Shown: positions 1 to 7,627 of the stretch, piece after piece
Layout of the letters: the number at the start of each line of letters is the position of its first letter
How positions within the stretch are numbered: the first letter of the stretch is position 1
IMG/VR virus record: IMGVR_UViG_2671180427_000010
Strand: one strand, 5' to 3'
Source: a virus
Taxonomy: Duplodnaviria > Heunggongvirae > Uroviricota > Caudoviricetes
Length of the DNA: 17,783 bases
Notes under the pieces: generated by a model
The model's database searches: none
Told to the model about the DNA's origin: nothing
Seen by the model: the letters and a program-made list of their open reading frames with translations, nothing else
Made by a program: the position numbers and the translations under genes

Positions 1-2314
1 CATCGCGATCGTTGTAGTAACGCCACGGGCAGGGGATCCCCTGCCGTTCGTATGAACGGCGCAAAATCGTGTTGTCGAAGTTGGCTCCATTTCCCCAGAC
101 CTGAACAAAAAATTCACCGGAGTTTTCGTCGATAAATTCCCGCAATTGTAACAGTGCATCATCTAACGGGATTTCATCGGTCATAATGGCAGACTGCGCT
201 TCACGTGATTGCTTCAGCCACCTTTTAATGACGTCACGATCAATGACTCCGCCAGCAGTTTCCAGATCGATAGTCTTACTAAATTCCGGTCCCATATCTC
301 CGGTTTGCGGATCGAAAAATATTGCACCTATTGAGATAATCGGGGCATCCGGATTTTTTCCCATGGTTTTAAGGTCGATCATTAGATGGTCACACGTCCT
401 GCTGGTGGATGTGATAACGTGATGACCGTTCACCGTAATTAAGGGATCTGCCGTCTCGCCAGTTTCACTATCGCTGGCGTGGTCCTGAGCGCTGCCAGCA
501 TTCTCCTTGTGTGGATGTTCAGCGCCTTCCATTTTCTCCGAATCGTCTTCCTGAACTTCAACCTGGTTCTTGTCATCGAATGTTTCCTGGTATGTTGCGT
601 CGCCCATCACCGCGCCACAATCAGGGCAGTTGCCGCCGCCGGTCTGACCGCAGGCGGTGCAGATTTTTTCCGGTTCCTGTTGCGCTACTGGTTCAGGTTG
701 TTTCGTTTCTGGCTCGTTTTGTAACGCATTTGGGCTGTTTTGTTCCGCTTTCTGGCCGTTCTGTTCCGTTTCTTGCTGGTTCTGATTCACTGAATCGCGG
801 GTTTCAATCCCCTTCACCCATTTCGGATCATTCGGGTCGCTAATCCCTGCAACAAATTCACCACGTGATACAGCAAGCAACTTATTGGCGTCAGGCTGGC
901 TGATATTGGCTGCCTGCATAATTTTGTTTACTTCGTCAGCGGTAACTTTTACCGGCTCTGGTTGTGCGATCGTGTCAGATGCACCAGTATTTTGTTGTGA
1001 ACCTGAGTACGTGCCGTTTTTACGTGCGAAGTATTCCTCTTTTGTGATTTCCGTAGCTCCCAGGGCCAGTGCTTTTTCCAGACCAGAAAGTTTGTTTGCG
1101 CGACCGTATTTTTCGCCGTCCTTATCAGTGAAAAGGAAGTAGAACGGTCCCTCACGCTCTACAGATGGTTCGTCTTCCACTTCGCATTCGGTTTTTTCGT
1201 TGTCCGGCATTGCCGTTTCCACTGCATCAGTTTCTGGTACTGGTGACGGGAGAGTACCAGCTGTGCCCTGATTTGTTCCTTCGTCATCTTCAAACACGCC
1301 CTTGGTAGTCAGGTATTCAGTGATGTATTTGTTCAGTGCTACGGGATCTTTGTGAATGTCGATCGGACGCTCACGGACAAGGCCAAAAATAGTCTGACGG
1401 TCGTAGCGAACGGCATCGGGTTGTTTGCGCATTGATGCGGAAATGTGCTTCCAGTCTTCGCGATCTTTGTCGATAACTTCATTTTTTGCCCAGCGATGGA
1501 TGCTGCCGTCAATGTTTCCGGTATCAATATCGCCAGGCCAGAGAGCGTAGGCCAGTTCTTCATCCAGCGTTTTCCATGTCTGCTTGTATTCGCGACAAAT
1601 GGCGGCAGTGACTGGGTTGATTTTTCCTGCTGAGTTTTCAGTGTTCTGTTGATTGACTCTGGCGCTGGCGAGATCAACAACAGACGTGTATTTTCCAGTC
1701 TCTTTGCGCTCTGCGTCCTGCCGTTTTTTCCAGTTACGTAATTCAGCCTGAATTTCGGGCCATTTGGCACCCGGATTACATTTGTGTTTAACCCATCCGA
1801 TAGCGAACAGTTTGCGTTCCGGATACATAGCGTTAATTTCAGGCGTTTTCATCAGTGCTTCAACGATATGCCCGTCAAAGGTAGCAACGTCTTCCTGCAG
1901 TAATTCCTGCGCGTCAATCGCCATATCAACGGTGATGTTTTCACATGTACCGAACTTAACCAGGACCGCGTTCTGTACTTCAAGGGACAGCTTGTCAAAA
2001 TTGACGTTCATCGGATCGGATTCTGGTTCGACCGGAATAAAGGAAGCGGATTCCTCATCCCAGCGGTTTTCCTGCATATATTCAGCATCCCAGGAATCGA
2101 GGGCAGGGCGGGGTATACCGGGTTTATCCTCGCAAACAAGAAATTTATAAGCGCAGTCCTGAGCAGCCGGATAATGTTCCAGGAATTGCCAGTGAAATTT
2201 TGCGCGGGCGCGACGTTCATCACCGGCTTCAATGGCAGTGGCTACAGCGACGGCACCTTCTTCCTTTATTGCCTGTTCATCAGGAATAGCAGCGCAAATA
2301 AAGACCTTACTCAT
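1..2314 (-). CDS. recE: RecE-like exodeoxyribonuclease VIII family protein; N-terminal 771 codons in window, C-terminus beyond position 1
   Basis: ATG at 2314-2312 (minus) with GAGG about 10 nt upstream. Frame hand-translated at 1-61, 311-400, 591-670, 841-900, 1382-1441 and 2161-2314 with no stop, N-terminus MSKVFICAAIPDEQ. Absent from ORF track, consistent with no stop in window. Contains CTACGQTGGGNCPDC Zn-ribbon motif (about 613-660) and a DnaQ-like exonuclease-fold segment (about 1-400). Family call is from recollection and position at the end of the leftward early operon. Confidence 0.6.
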   Translation of the reverse strand, partial: MSKVFICAAIPDEQAIKEEGAVAVATAIEAGDERRARAKFHWQFLEHYPAAQDCAYKFLVCEDKPGIPRPALDSWDAEYMQENRWDEESASFIPVEPESDPMNVNFDKLSLEVQNAVLVKFGTCENITVDMAIDAQELLQEDVATFDGHIVEALMKTPEINAMYPERKLFAIGWVKHKCNPGAKWPEIQAELRNWKKRQDAERKETGKYTSVVDLASARVNQQNTENSAGKINPVTAAICREYKQTWKTLDEELAYALWPGDIDTGNIDGSIHRWAKNEVIDKDREDWKHISASMRKQPDAVRYDRQTIFGLVRERPIDIHKDPVALNKYITEYLTTKGVFEDDEGTNQGTAGTLPSPVPETDAVETAMPDNEKTECEVEDEPSVEREGPFYFLFTDKDGEKYGRANKLSGLEKALALGATEITKEEYFARKNGTYSGSQQNTGASDTIAQPEPVKVTADEVNKIMQAANISQPDANKLLAVSRGEFVAGISDPNDPKWVKGIETRDSVNQNQQETEQNGQKAEQNSPNALQNEPETKQPEPVAQQEPEKICTACGQTGGGNCPDCGAVMGDATYQETFDDKNQVEVQEDDSEKMEGAEHPHKENAGSAQDHASDSETGETADPLITVNGHHVITSTSRTCDHLMIDLKTMGKNPDAPIISIGAIFFDPQTGDMGPEFSKTIDLETAGGVIDRDVIKRWLKQSREAQSAIMTDEIPLDDALLQLREFIDENSGEFFVQVWGNGANFDNTILRRSYERQGIPCPWRYYNDRD

Positions 2315-2409
2315 TTTGTTTTAACCTCATTACAGATTTCAGGGTGAACGAATCCCTGCCATTGCTGGCATTTTTAATCCGTTGGTATGGTGTTAATATG
2401 GCTGGAGGG

Positions 2410-2598
2410 TTATCCAGCCGGTGTTTCGTTATTCAGGTACAGCGATACTTTTTTTACCGGGAGGCATTCACCAGAAATTTTTTGCTCGTCTCTTGCCTGG
2501 AGGCAGGATTCTTTACTGGCATAAATTCTGGTAATCACATTCTGTGATTCACCCGTTATAAGAAAAACCGTCATCATCAGTGCAAATGCTGAAGTCAT
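2410..2598 (-). CDS. hypothetical small protein (62 aa) with hydrophobic N-terminus
   Basis: ORF track 62 aa. Start ATG at 2598 overlaps stop of upstream minus gene in an ATGA arrangement (2595-2598), suggesting translational coupling. N-terminus MTSAFALMMTVFLITG is hydrophobic. Confidence 0.45.
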   Translation of the reverse strand: MTSAFALMMTVFLITGESQNVITRIYASKESCLQARDEQKISGECLPVKKVSLYLNNETPAG

Positions 2599-2783
2599 TG
2601 ACGTTCTCCGAAAATACCAAGTTCAAGAAGAGCAATTCGGGAAAGTATGGAATTATCATTGAGCAGATAAGGCTCATATTTCCTCATATTAATGGCATCT
2701 TCAGTAAACTCCCGGTTACTGAGCAGAACACCAATATCAAAACAACCTTCAGACGTATTAACGTTTGGTAATAACGTTTCCAT
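2595..2783 (-). CDS. hypothetical small protein (62 aa; alternative longer start at 2888)
   Basis: Internal ATG at 2783 preceded by GAGGA with 7-nt spacer (revcomp of 2791-2795). Stop overlaps start of next gene. Same leftward operon as the RecE-like gene. Confidence 0.45.
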   Translation of the reverse strand: METLLPNVNTSEGCFDIGVLLSNREFTEDAINMRKYEPYLLNDNSILSRIALLELGIFGERQ

Positions 2784-3035
2784 TATCGCGTCCTCAACAA
2801 TGAATTTTGTGATGCGGTGCCTGGTGCCTCCAGGTGACGTTAACCAGTTAACAATTAACGCCGGATACAGAGAATCCACCCATAACACTGTTTTTGGTTT
2901 TAACTGTTCCGCGTGCGCTCAGCCGCATTCACCGCATCACAAAATTCACTTTAAAAACGGCGGCAGAGCAGTCACGGAGTAAAACTGATACCGCCAAACG
3001 TCACCAGAAAATTGATAACAGAGGGCGTTGCAGCG

Positions 3036-3072
3036 GGGTTGTCACTTAAGCGTATGGTCAACCTGACAACCC
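3036..3072. promoter_or_regulatory. perfect 9-bp inverted repeat GGGTTGTCA-N19-TGACAACCC in 400-bp non-coding region
   Basis: Arms 3036-3044 and 3064-3072 are exact reverse complements. Lies upstream of plus-strand gene at 3287. Candidate protein-binding site or RNA stem. Confidence 0.35.
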
Positions 3073-3286
3073 GGTGTCCTCAACGGGGGAAGGAATAACC
3101 CCGCCATACTTACCGCCGCGCCATTTCGCGGGTTGCCACAACCGGAAGCGCACGGTCGAATTAAATTTAACGACACCGTACAGTGAGACGAACTTCGCCG
3201 TGCGCTTTCGTGTTGTGTGCCTGCTTTTAACCACGTCAGGCGAGGTGGTATCCTTCTTATCCCGAATAACCAAGAAGGAAATCTAT

Positions 3287-3487
3287 ATGACTAAAGAAGA
3301 ATTTGTCTCTTATATTTTTGATAAAACGGTTGAAATGTATGCCGCTACTTACGGGTCCTGTAATCCTCTGAATAAACCAGAGGGGAAAGATGATTTCGAC
3401 AAAATTTACCGCTTCTTGGAGGACCGCTATATCAAAAGGTTAGAGGACGCAGGGATCAAATCCCCAGTGAAGTCACCATTGTCCTGA
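3287..3487 (+). CDS. hypothetical small soluble protein (66 aa), opposite strand to flanking early genes
   Basis: ATG 3287 preceded by AAGGAA (3275-3280) with 6-nt spacer. In-frame with ORF-track entry 3074..3487. Protein MTKEEFVSYIFDKTVEMYAATYG has no recognised domain. Confidence 0.55.
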   Translation: MTKEEFVSYIFDKTVEMYAATYGSCNPLNKPEGKDDFDKIYRFLEDRYIKRLEDAGIKSPVKSPLS

Positions 3488-3821
3488 GAACTTGCAGGAC
3501 GTCATGATCGTAACTTCCATCCAAACCGCGACGGCAAATTGCTTCTCGTATTACCGGAAGCAGTTCGCTGGAAATCTCGGTGCATATTTCACCTGATAAT
3601 ACGCTTGGCTCAAGTGAGAATATTGGTGAACTTACGGTCTTGGTCTCGACAGTTTCAGAGTCAGTGCCAACATTATAAAGCTCAACGAAAGCGGTCTTGA
3701 TTTTCCGGGCCAGATCTTTTGCTGGCTCGCTTGCAATATCTTTCCCGATTTCTCGCAGCACAGAATGCAATGTATGAGCTGCTGTTTTCTGTACATCAGA
3801 CGGTAAATCTTTAAATTCCAT
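3456..3821 (-). CDS. hypothetical protein (121 aa)
   Basis: ORF track 3456..3833. Preferred start is internal ATG at 3821, which has GAGG 6 nt upstream. Downstream of and same strand as the DicA-like repressor. Confidence 0.5.
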   Translation of the reverse strand: MEFKDLPSDVQKTAAHTLHSVLREIGKDIASEPAKDLARKIKTAFVELYNVGTDSETVETKTVSSPIFSLEPSVLSGEICTEISSELLPVIREAICRRGLDGSYDHDVLQVLRTMVTSLGI

Positions 3822-3832
3822 CGTCAGCCTCA

Positions 3833-3985
3833 TCAGTCAGTGTTTCTGGCTAACCAGCAACGCGCGCCAGATCCGGTTTTAAACGTTTTGCTTTTGGTAT
3901 ATGTCATCGCGGTGAACGTACCGCCCTGGTTGGGGAACACGCCGTACACCAGAGATTCGTTGTTGCCAAGATCGATAGTATCCAT
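3833..3985 (-). CDS. hypothetical small protein (50 aa; ORF-track version extends to 4078)
   Basis: Internal ATG at 3985 with TGAGGT 5 nt upstream. Stop TGA overlaps ATG of next gene (ATGA at 3831-3835). First gene downstream of the operator at 4102. Confidence 0.4.
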   Translation of the reverse strand: MDTIDLGNNESLVYGVFPNQGGTFTAMTYTKSKTFKTGSGARCWLARNTD

Positions 3986-4101
3986 GTTGACCTCATTTCC
4001 CCTTAACGCCGGGGTAGCGGAACTGTTTGCTGAGAACACCGTGCGGTGTCTTGATGGATCGTAATTTAGTTTTCTCATGAATATTGGTCAAGTACTTTTA
4101 A

Positions 4102-4113
4102 TGAGAAAACTCA
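4102..4113. promoter_or_regulatory. operator-like palindrome TGAGAAAACTCA (left copy)
   Basis: Exact 12-bp palindrome TGAG-AAAA-CTCA, identical to a second copy at 4636-4647. Lies between DicA-like gene end and the next leftward gene. Confidence 0.5.
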
Positions 4114-4176
4114 ATATTTAATGCAAAATAAAGCCAATACATTGAAATGTAAGGCTTTAAAATTTGTGAAGGGGGG

Positions 4177-4584
4177 TTATTGATGTTTGTTACGTTTGCG
4201 AGCTTCTAGTAGCTCGGTGAATAGGCGATTAAAATTCTCAACGCGGGCACGGAGTTCGCTGATTTGTGCTTGCTGCTCTGATTTTGGAAGTGCGCGATAC
4301 AATCGCAACATCTCCAACTCATCTTCCGATAAGTCTAAGGCGCTGTTGAGTGCAACTGGTGGATCTGGTGTTTTATCCTCGTCACCAAACAGTATCCAAG
4401 TTGGTGAACATTGCAATACCTCAGCCAGGCGATGCAAATTTTGCCCGCGCGGGGCTGTATGGTCGCTTTCCCATAGTGAAATTGATGAGCCAGATACGCC
4501 AGCAGCTTTGCTTAAATCGTTTTGACTTAAACCAACCTGTTTGCGTCTTTCTCTAATTCGTTGACCTAAAGTTTTCTCGTTCAT
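4177..4584 (-). CDS. dicA: DicA-like XRE-family HTH repressor (135 aa)
   Basis: ORF track 135 aa. N-terminal HTH (GQRIRERRKQVGLSQNDLSKAAGVSGSSISLWE) and the motif LQCSPTWILFGDEDK recalled from E. coli DicA. Divergent from a Cro-like gene, flanked by identical operators. Confidence 0.75.
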   Translation of the reverse strand: MNEKTLGQRIRERRKQVGLSQNDLSKAAGVSGSSISLWESDHTAPRGQNLHRLAEVLQCSPTWILFGDEDKTPDPPVALNSALDLSEDELEMLRLYRALPKSEQQAQISELRARVENFNRLFTELLEARKRNKHQ

Positions 4585-4635
4585 ATTTAGATATCTTAAT
4601 AACCCTTGACTTGAGATTCCTTGAGTGATTACTAT

Positions 4636-4647
4636 TGAGAAAACTCA
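4636..4647. promoter_or_regulatory. operator-like palindrome TGAGAAAACTCA (right copy) in divergent promoter region
   Basis: Same 12-bp palindrome as at 4102, in the 77-bp intergenic region between DicA-like start (4584) and Cro-like start (4662). TTGAG half-site-like repeats at 4611 and 4621. Confidence 0.5.
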
Positions 4648-4661
4648 ACTTTGGAGGGGTG

Positions 4662-4889
4662 ATGTTTAAATCAGACGTAATTAATTTTTATGGGACGAAA
4701 GCCAAAGTAGCGAAAGCTGCTGGTGTTGATCCATCTGCTGTTTCTCAATGGGGGGAACTGGTTCCTGAAGGTCGCGCGATGCGCCTGCAAGAGGCATCCG
4801 GCGGGGAACTTCAGTACGACCCCAAAGTTTATGACGAATATCGTAAGGCAAAGCGGGCGGGGCGGTTGAACAATGAAAATCACCCCTGA
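4662..4889 (+). CDS. Cro-like small HTH regulator (DicC/YdaS-like), 75 aa
   Basis: ATG 4662 preceded by GGAGG (4653-4657); ORF-track start at 4635 is TTG. Protein MFKSDVINFYGTKAKVAKAAGVDPSAVSQWG. Divergent from repressor. Confidence 0.7.
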   Translation: MFKSDVINFYGTKAKVAKAAGVDPSAVSQWGELVPEGRAMRLQEASGGELQYDPKVYDEYRKAKRAGRLNNENHP

Positions 4890-5424
4890 ACAGGTTTGTG
4901 AGGCTCTGGATGCCTGGGTATGCCGACCAGGAATGACACAGGAGCAGGCGACGATATTAATCACGGAAGCATTCTGGGCTCTGAAAGAACGCCCGAACAT
5001 CGATGTTCAACGCGTCACGTTTAATGATGGCGAGGTTGATCAACGGGCGCTGGGCGTTAACCGGGTGAAGATATTCGAACGCTGGAAAGCTATCGACACC
5101 AGGGATAAGCGGAAAAAATTCACGGCGCTGATTCCGGCAATTATGGAGGCTATCCGAATTAGTGATTTCAGGCTGTATCGTGAGATCAGTGATGGAAAAA
5201 GCATTACGTACATGATCGCCGGATTAAACAAAGAATATGGCGATGTGGTGGAGTCCGGGCTGCTTTTTGCGGATCCAGCTGTTGTGGAACGTGAGACTGA
5301 CGAGCTTATAGAAAAAGCTATTGCTTTCAAGCATGCGTATCGTCAGCAATATCAATATTACTTTGCAGATAAACAAATGTCTGCCAGGGGTTCGTATGAG
5401 TATCGATGCACTACGATGGGCTAA
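4873..5424 (+). CDS. YdaT-like protein (183 aa), positional CII equivalent
   Basis: ATG 4873 overlaps stop of Cro-like gene (coupled). Position matches ydaT of Rac-type immunity regions. Family assignment from context and recollection only. Confidence 0.5.
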   Translation: MKITPEQVCEALDAWVCRPGMTQEQATILITEAFWALKERPNIDVQRVTFNDGEVDQRALGVNRVKIFERWKAIDTRDKRKKFTALIPAIMEAIRISDFRLYREISDGKSITYMIAGLNKEYGDVVESGLLFADPAVVERETDELIEKAIAFKHAYRQQYQYYFADKQMSARGSYEYRCTTMG

Positions 5425-6427
5425 AAAGGTGAAAACCGGCAGTTCATCCAGTAAGTCAGTATTGACCTGGCTTGCTGATATGTGCGGTGCCGATTTGTGT
5501 GCATACCCGTCTGTATCTGCCCTGGCAGAAGTAACGGAACTGAACAAAAAGACAGTGCAGGACAGCTTACGACACCTGATGGAGATTGGGTTAATTGTTG
5601 ATACCGGTGAGAGAAAAGGCAGAACAAAGCAAATTGTGGTGTACCGACTTATCGGTGTAGAAGAAAGTGTTGCCGAACCTGAATACACCCAAAAACGGGA
5701 GTCTTTAAAGGTGGGTAAAATTGGTGCTGTTAATAAAAACAGTACCGAAAATGGTTATGTTTCAGCACAAAACAGACCCAAAAACGGAACTCTTAGCTGC
5801 ATGGAAAATAACCAAAGACACCCAAATTTTCCATCAAAGACACCCAAAAACGGATCACGGAACCCAAAGGAACCCAAAGTTCTAAACCCCACACATAACG
5901 CACGCGAGAGTGCTCTGACCAGTGAGCAGGAAGTTTTGTCGTTACAGGCAGTATTCCTGGATGGCCTGAGAGAACCCATCGGAAAATTTCTGATGACCGA
6001 TAGCTGGCATCCGTCGCGGGATTTTCGACGACGGGCTGCGTTGTGGGGGATGGCTTTGCCGGAGCCGGAATTTACACCTGCTGAACTTGCCGCATTCCGG
6101 GATTACTGGAGTGATGAGGGGAAAGTGTTTACGCAGATTCAGTGGGAGCAGAAATTCGCCCGTCACGTAAATCACGTCAGGGCGCAGGTTAAACCAGTCA
6201 GCAAGGGGGTGAACCATGCAGCAGCACCAGGGGGCACCGCATCACGGGCAGTTCAGGAAATTCGGGCAGCACGTGAGCAGTGGGAACGTGAAAACGGATT
6301 TATCCGCGACGGAAACGGCGTGGAAGCTGTGGGAACTCATGGGGGAGGTTTATTCGAACCGCTGGACCCAGAAGAACGGGGCCGCACCTTCGAAGCTCTG
6401 GATTGCACAGATTGGTGCGATGACTGA
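5396..6427 (+). CDS. phage replication initiator, lambda O-like (winged-helix N-terminus, repeat-rich linker), 343 aa
   Basis: ATG 5396 with AGGGG 5 nt upstream, 29-nt overlap with upstream gene. N-terminal wHTH (LTWLADMCGADLCAYPSVSALAEVTELNKKTVQDSLRHLMEIGLI). Low-complexity linker encoded by iteron-like DNA repeats. Upstream of P-like gene. Confidence 0.6.
   Translation: MSIDALRWAKKVKTGSSSSKSVLTWLADMCGADLCAYPSVSALAEVTELNKKTVQDSLRHLMEIGLIVDTGERKGRTKQIVVYRLIGVEESVAEPEYTQKRESLKVGKIGAVNKNSTENGYVSAQNRPKNGTLSCMENNQRHPNFPSKTPKNGSRNPKEPKVLNPTHNARESALTSEQEVLSLQAVFLDGLREPIGKFLMTDSWHPSRDFRRRAALWGMALPEPEFTPAELAAFRDYWSDEGKVFTQIQWEQKFARHVNHVRAQVKPVSKGVNHAAAPGGTASRAVQEIRAAREQWERENGFIRDGNGVEAVGTHGGGLFEPLDPEERGRTFEALDCTDWCDD
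5772..5880. repeat. iteron-like direct repeats (ACCCAAA-containing) inside O-like gene; candidate replication origin
   Basis: AGACCCAAAAACGGA at 5773, AGACACCCAAA at 5816 and 5839, tandem GAACCCAAAG x2 at 5860-5879. AT-rich stretch immediately to the left (about 5720-5770). Confidence 0.45.
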
Positions 6428-6881
6428 GCAGCAAATCCGACAGGTCTGCCGCCAGTGCATGGACCGCTGCCGGGAGGGTGAAACATGGCCTCCGGACCTG
6501 GCTGAGTTTGTGGCACTGATTTCGGAAAGCGGAGCCAATCCATTCGGTCTGACGGTGGATGCTGTGATGGAGGAGTACCGCCGCTGGCGCAATGAGTCCT
6601 GGCGATACGACGGAAGTGATAAGTACCCGTGGTCTCAGCCTGTGCTGTATCACATTTGCCTCGAGATGCGTTCAAAGGGGGTTGAGCGCCAGATGACCGA
6701 AGGGGAATTAAAACGGCTTGCAGAACGGCAGCTGACGAAATGGGCAAAGCATGTTAGTAACGGCCTGAGCGTTCCGCCAGTCCGGCGACAACTGGCGGCA
6801 CCCAAACGCCCGTCGGGGCCAACGCCAATTGAGTTGCTGAAACAGGAATATGAACGCCGGAAAGCGGCTGGGCTTGTTTGA
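6216..6881 (+). CDS. replication protein P-like (lambda P family helicase loader), 221 aa
   Basis: ATG 6216 preceded by AGGGGGTG. Motifs resemble recalled lambda P (MTEQQIRQ, YPWSQPVLYHICLEM, TEGELKRLAERQL). Alternative start ATG 6420 overlaps the O-like stop (ATGACTGA). Confidence 0.6.
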   Translation: MQQHQGAPHHGQFRKFGQHVSSGNVKTDLSATETAWKLWELMGEVYSNRWTQKNGAAPSKLWIAQIGAMTEQQIRQVCRQCMDRCREGETWPPDLAEFVALISESGANPFGLTVDAVMEEYRRWRNESWRYDGSDKYPWSQPVLYHICLEMRSKGVERQMTEGELKRLAERQLTKWAKHVSNGLSVPPVRRQLAAPKRPSGPTPIELLKQEYERRKAAGLV

Positions 6882-6913
6882 GTTGAGAAGTAATTTTTAC
6901 CGGGAGGAAATTT

Positions 6914-7188
6914 ATGGAGACTGTTTTTGACGCACTGAAAGCAATGGGAAAAGCCACATCCATAGAACTTGCTGCGCGCGTGAAGAAGTGCTGAACGAAC
7001 TATGGGAACTGAAAAAGGCTGGTTTTGTTGATAAAAGCGCGTACACCTGGCGTGTGGCTGATAACAACGTTCAGCAGGAACAGCCAGCGCAGGCAGAACT
7101 GCCGGAAGAAACCACCACAATGAGTGAAGTTATGCAGCGCATACTGGCATTTTATCAGGGAAATGTTCGATATTTTAGACGTTACTAG
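6914..7188 (+). pseudogene. small winged-helix protein gene apparently split by a 1-nt frameshift near 6988
   Basis: ATG 6914 with GGGAGGAAA upstream encodes [26 protein letters not shown] then stop at 6992. Continuation in another frame from 6988 ([23 protein letters not shown]) resembles the intact small gene at 16375. Confidence 0.35.
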
Positions 7189-7554
7189 ATTAAAGAGCAT
7201 TAGTTCAGATGTGAATTGACATTGTGTGGCACAGGGTTGGGCTAGCGTGGGGGTTTGCTTTGTGTAAGAAACGGATGCTCTGCAAATTACTACTAATGCT
7301 TAATGTTAGTCTGATCTGCTCCCCGATGATTAATACACCGCTATGTTAGTAATGTCTGTAGATCGCTGTGTGTTGCATCCATCGGTTGACCCCACAGTCC
7401 AAACCAGACTGTCAGCTTTGATTCGATTCTATCTACTCAACCTGTCAGGTAATGTCTGAGCTAATACACAGAGTACGGCTATCGCGAACTTTAAGCTAGG
7501 TATCTGATACGCACCGTTCACTTGTTTGTACTTCTTGCACTGACTAGCTATCGT

Positions 7555-7590
7555 GCGCAGTTATTTATAGGTAATCTCCAGTGTATAATT
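7555..7590 (+). promoter_or_regulatory. candidate promoter for the 281-aa gene (TATAAT -10 at 7584-7589)
   Basis: Consensus TATAAT at 7584-7589 with TG immediately upstream, about 40 nt before ATG 7628. The -35 is weak (TTATTT at 7561-7566). Confidence 0.35.
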
Positions 7591-7627
7591 TTCCAACTTA
7601 TGGGAGATTGTAAAACAGGAGGAATAT

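Noticed and set aside
949-2232. ORF-track entries inside the RecE-like gene (minus 949..1155, 1339..1770, 2008..2232 and plus 885..1142, 1445..1633, 1764..2150)
   Set aside because: All lie in other frames or antisense within a long hand-verified open frame; no RBS or independent support.
3058-3286. Minus ORF 3058..3273 and the long N-terminal extension of plus ORF 3074..3487
   Set aside because: No RBS; overlap the inverted-repeat non-coding region. The plus gene has a strong RBS only at 3287.
5224-5688. 154-aa minus-strand ORF
   Set aside because: Antisense to the YdaT-like and O-like genes; shadow ORF in GC-rich coding DNA.
6300-7120. Minus-strand ORFs 6300..6653, 6337..6747, 6350..6592, 6650..7120, 6754..6963
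   Set aside because: Antisense shadows within the P-like gene and the small wHTH region; GC-rich coding DNA commonly yields such open frames.
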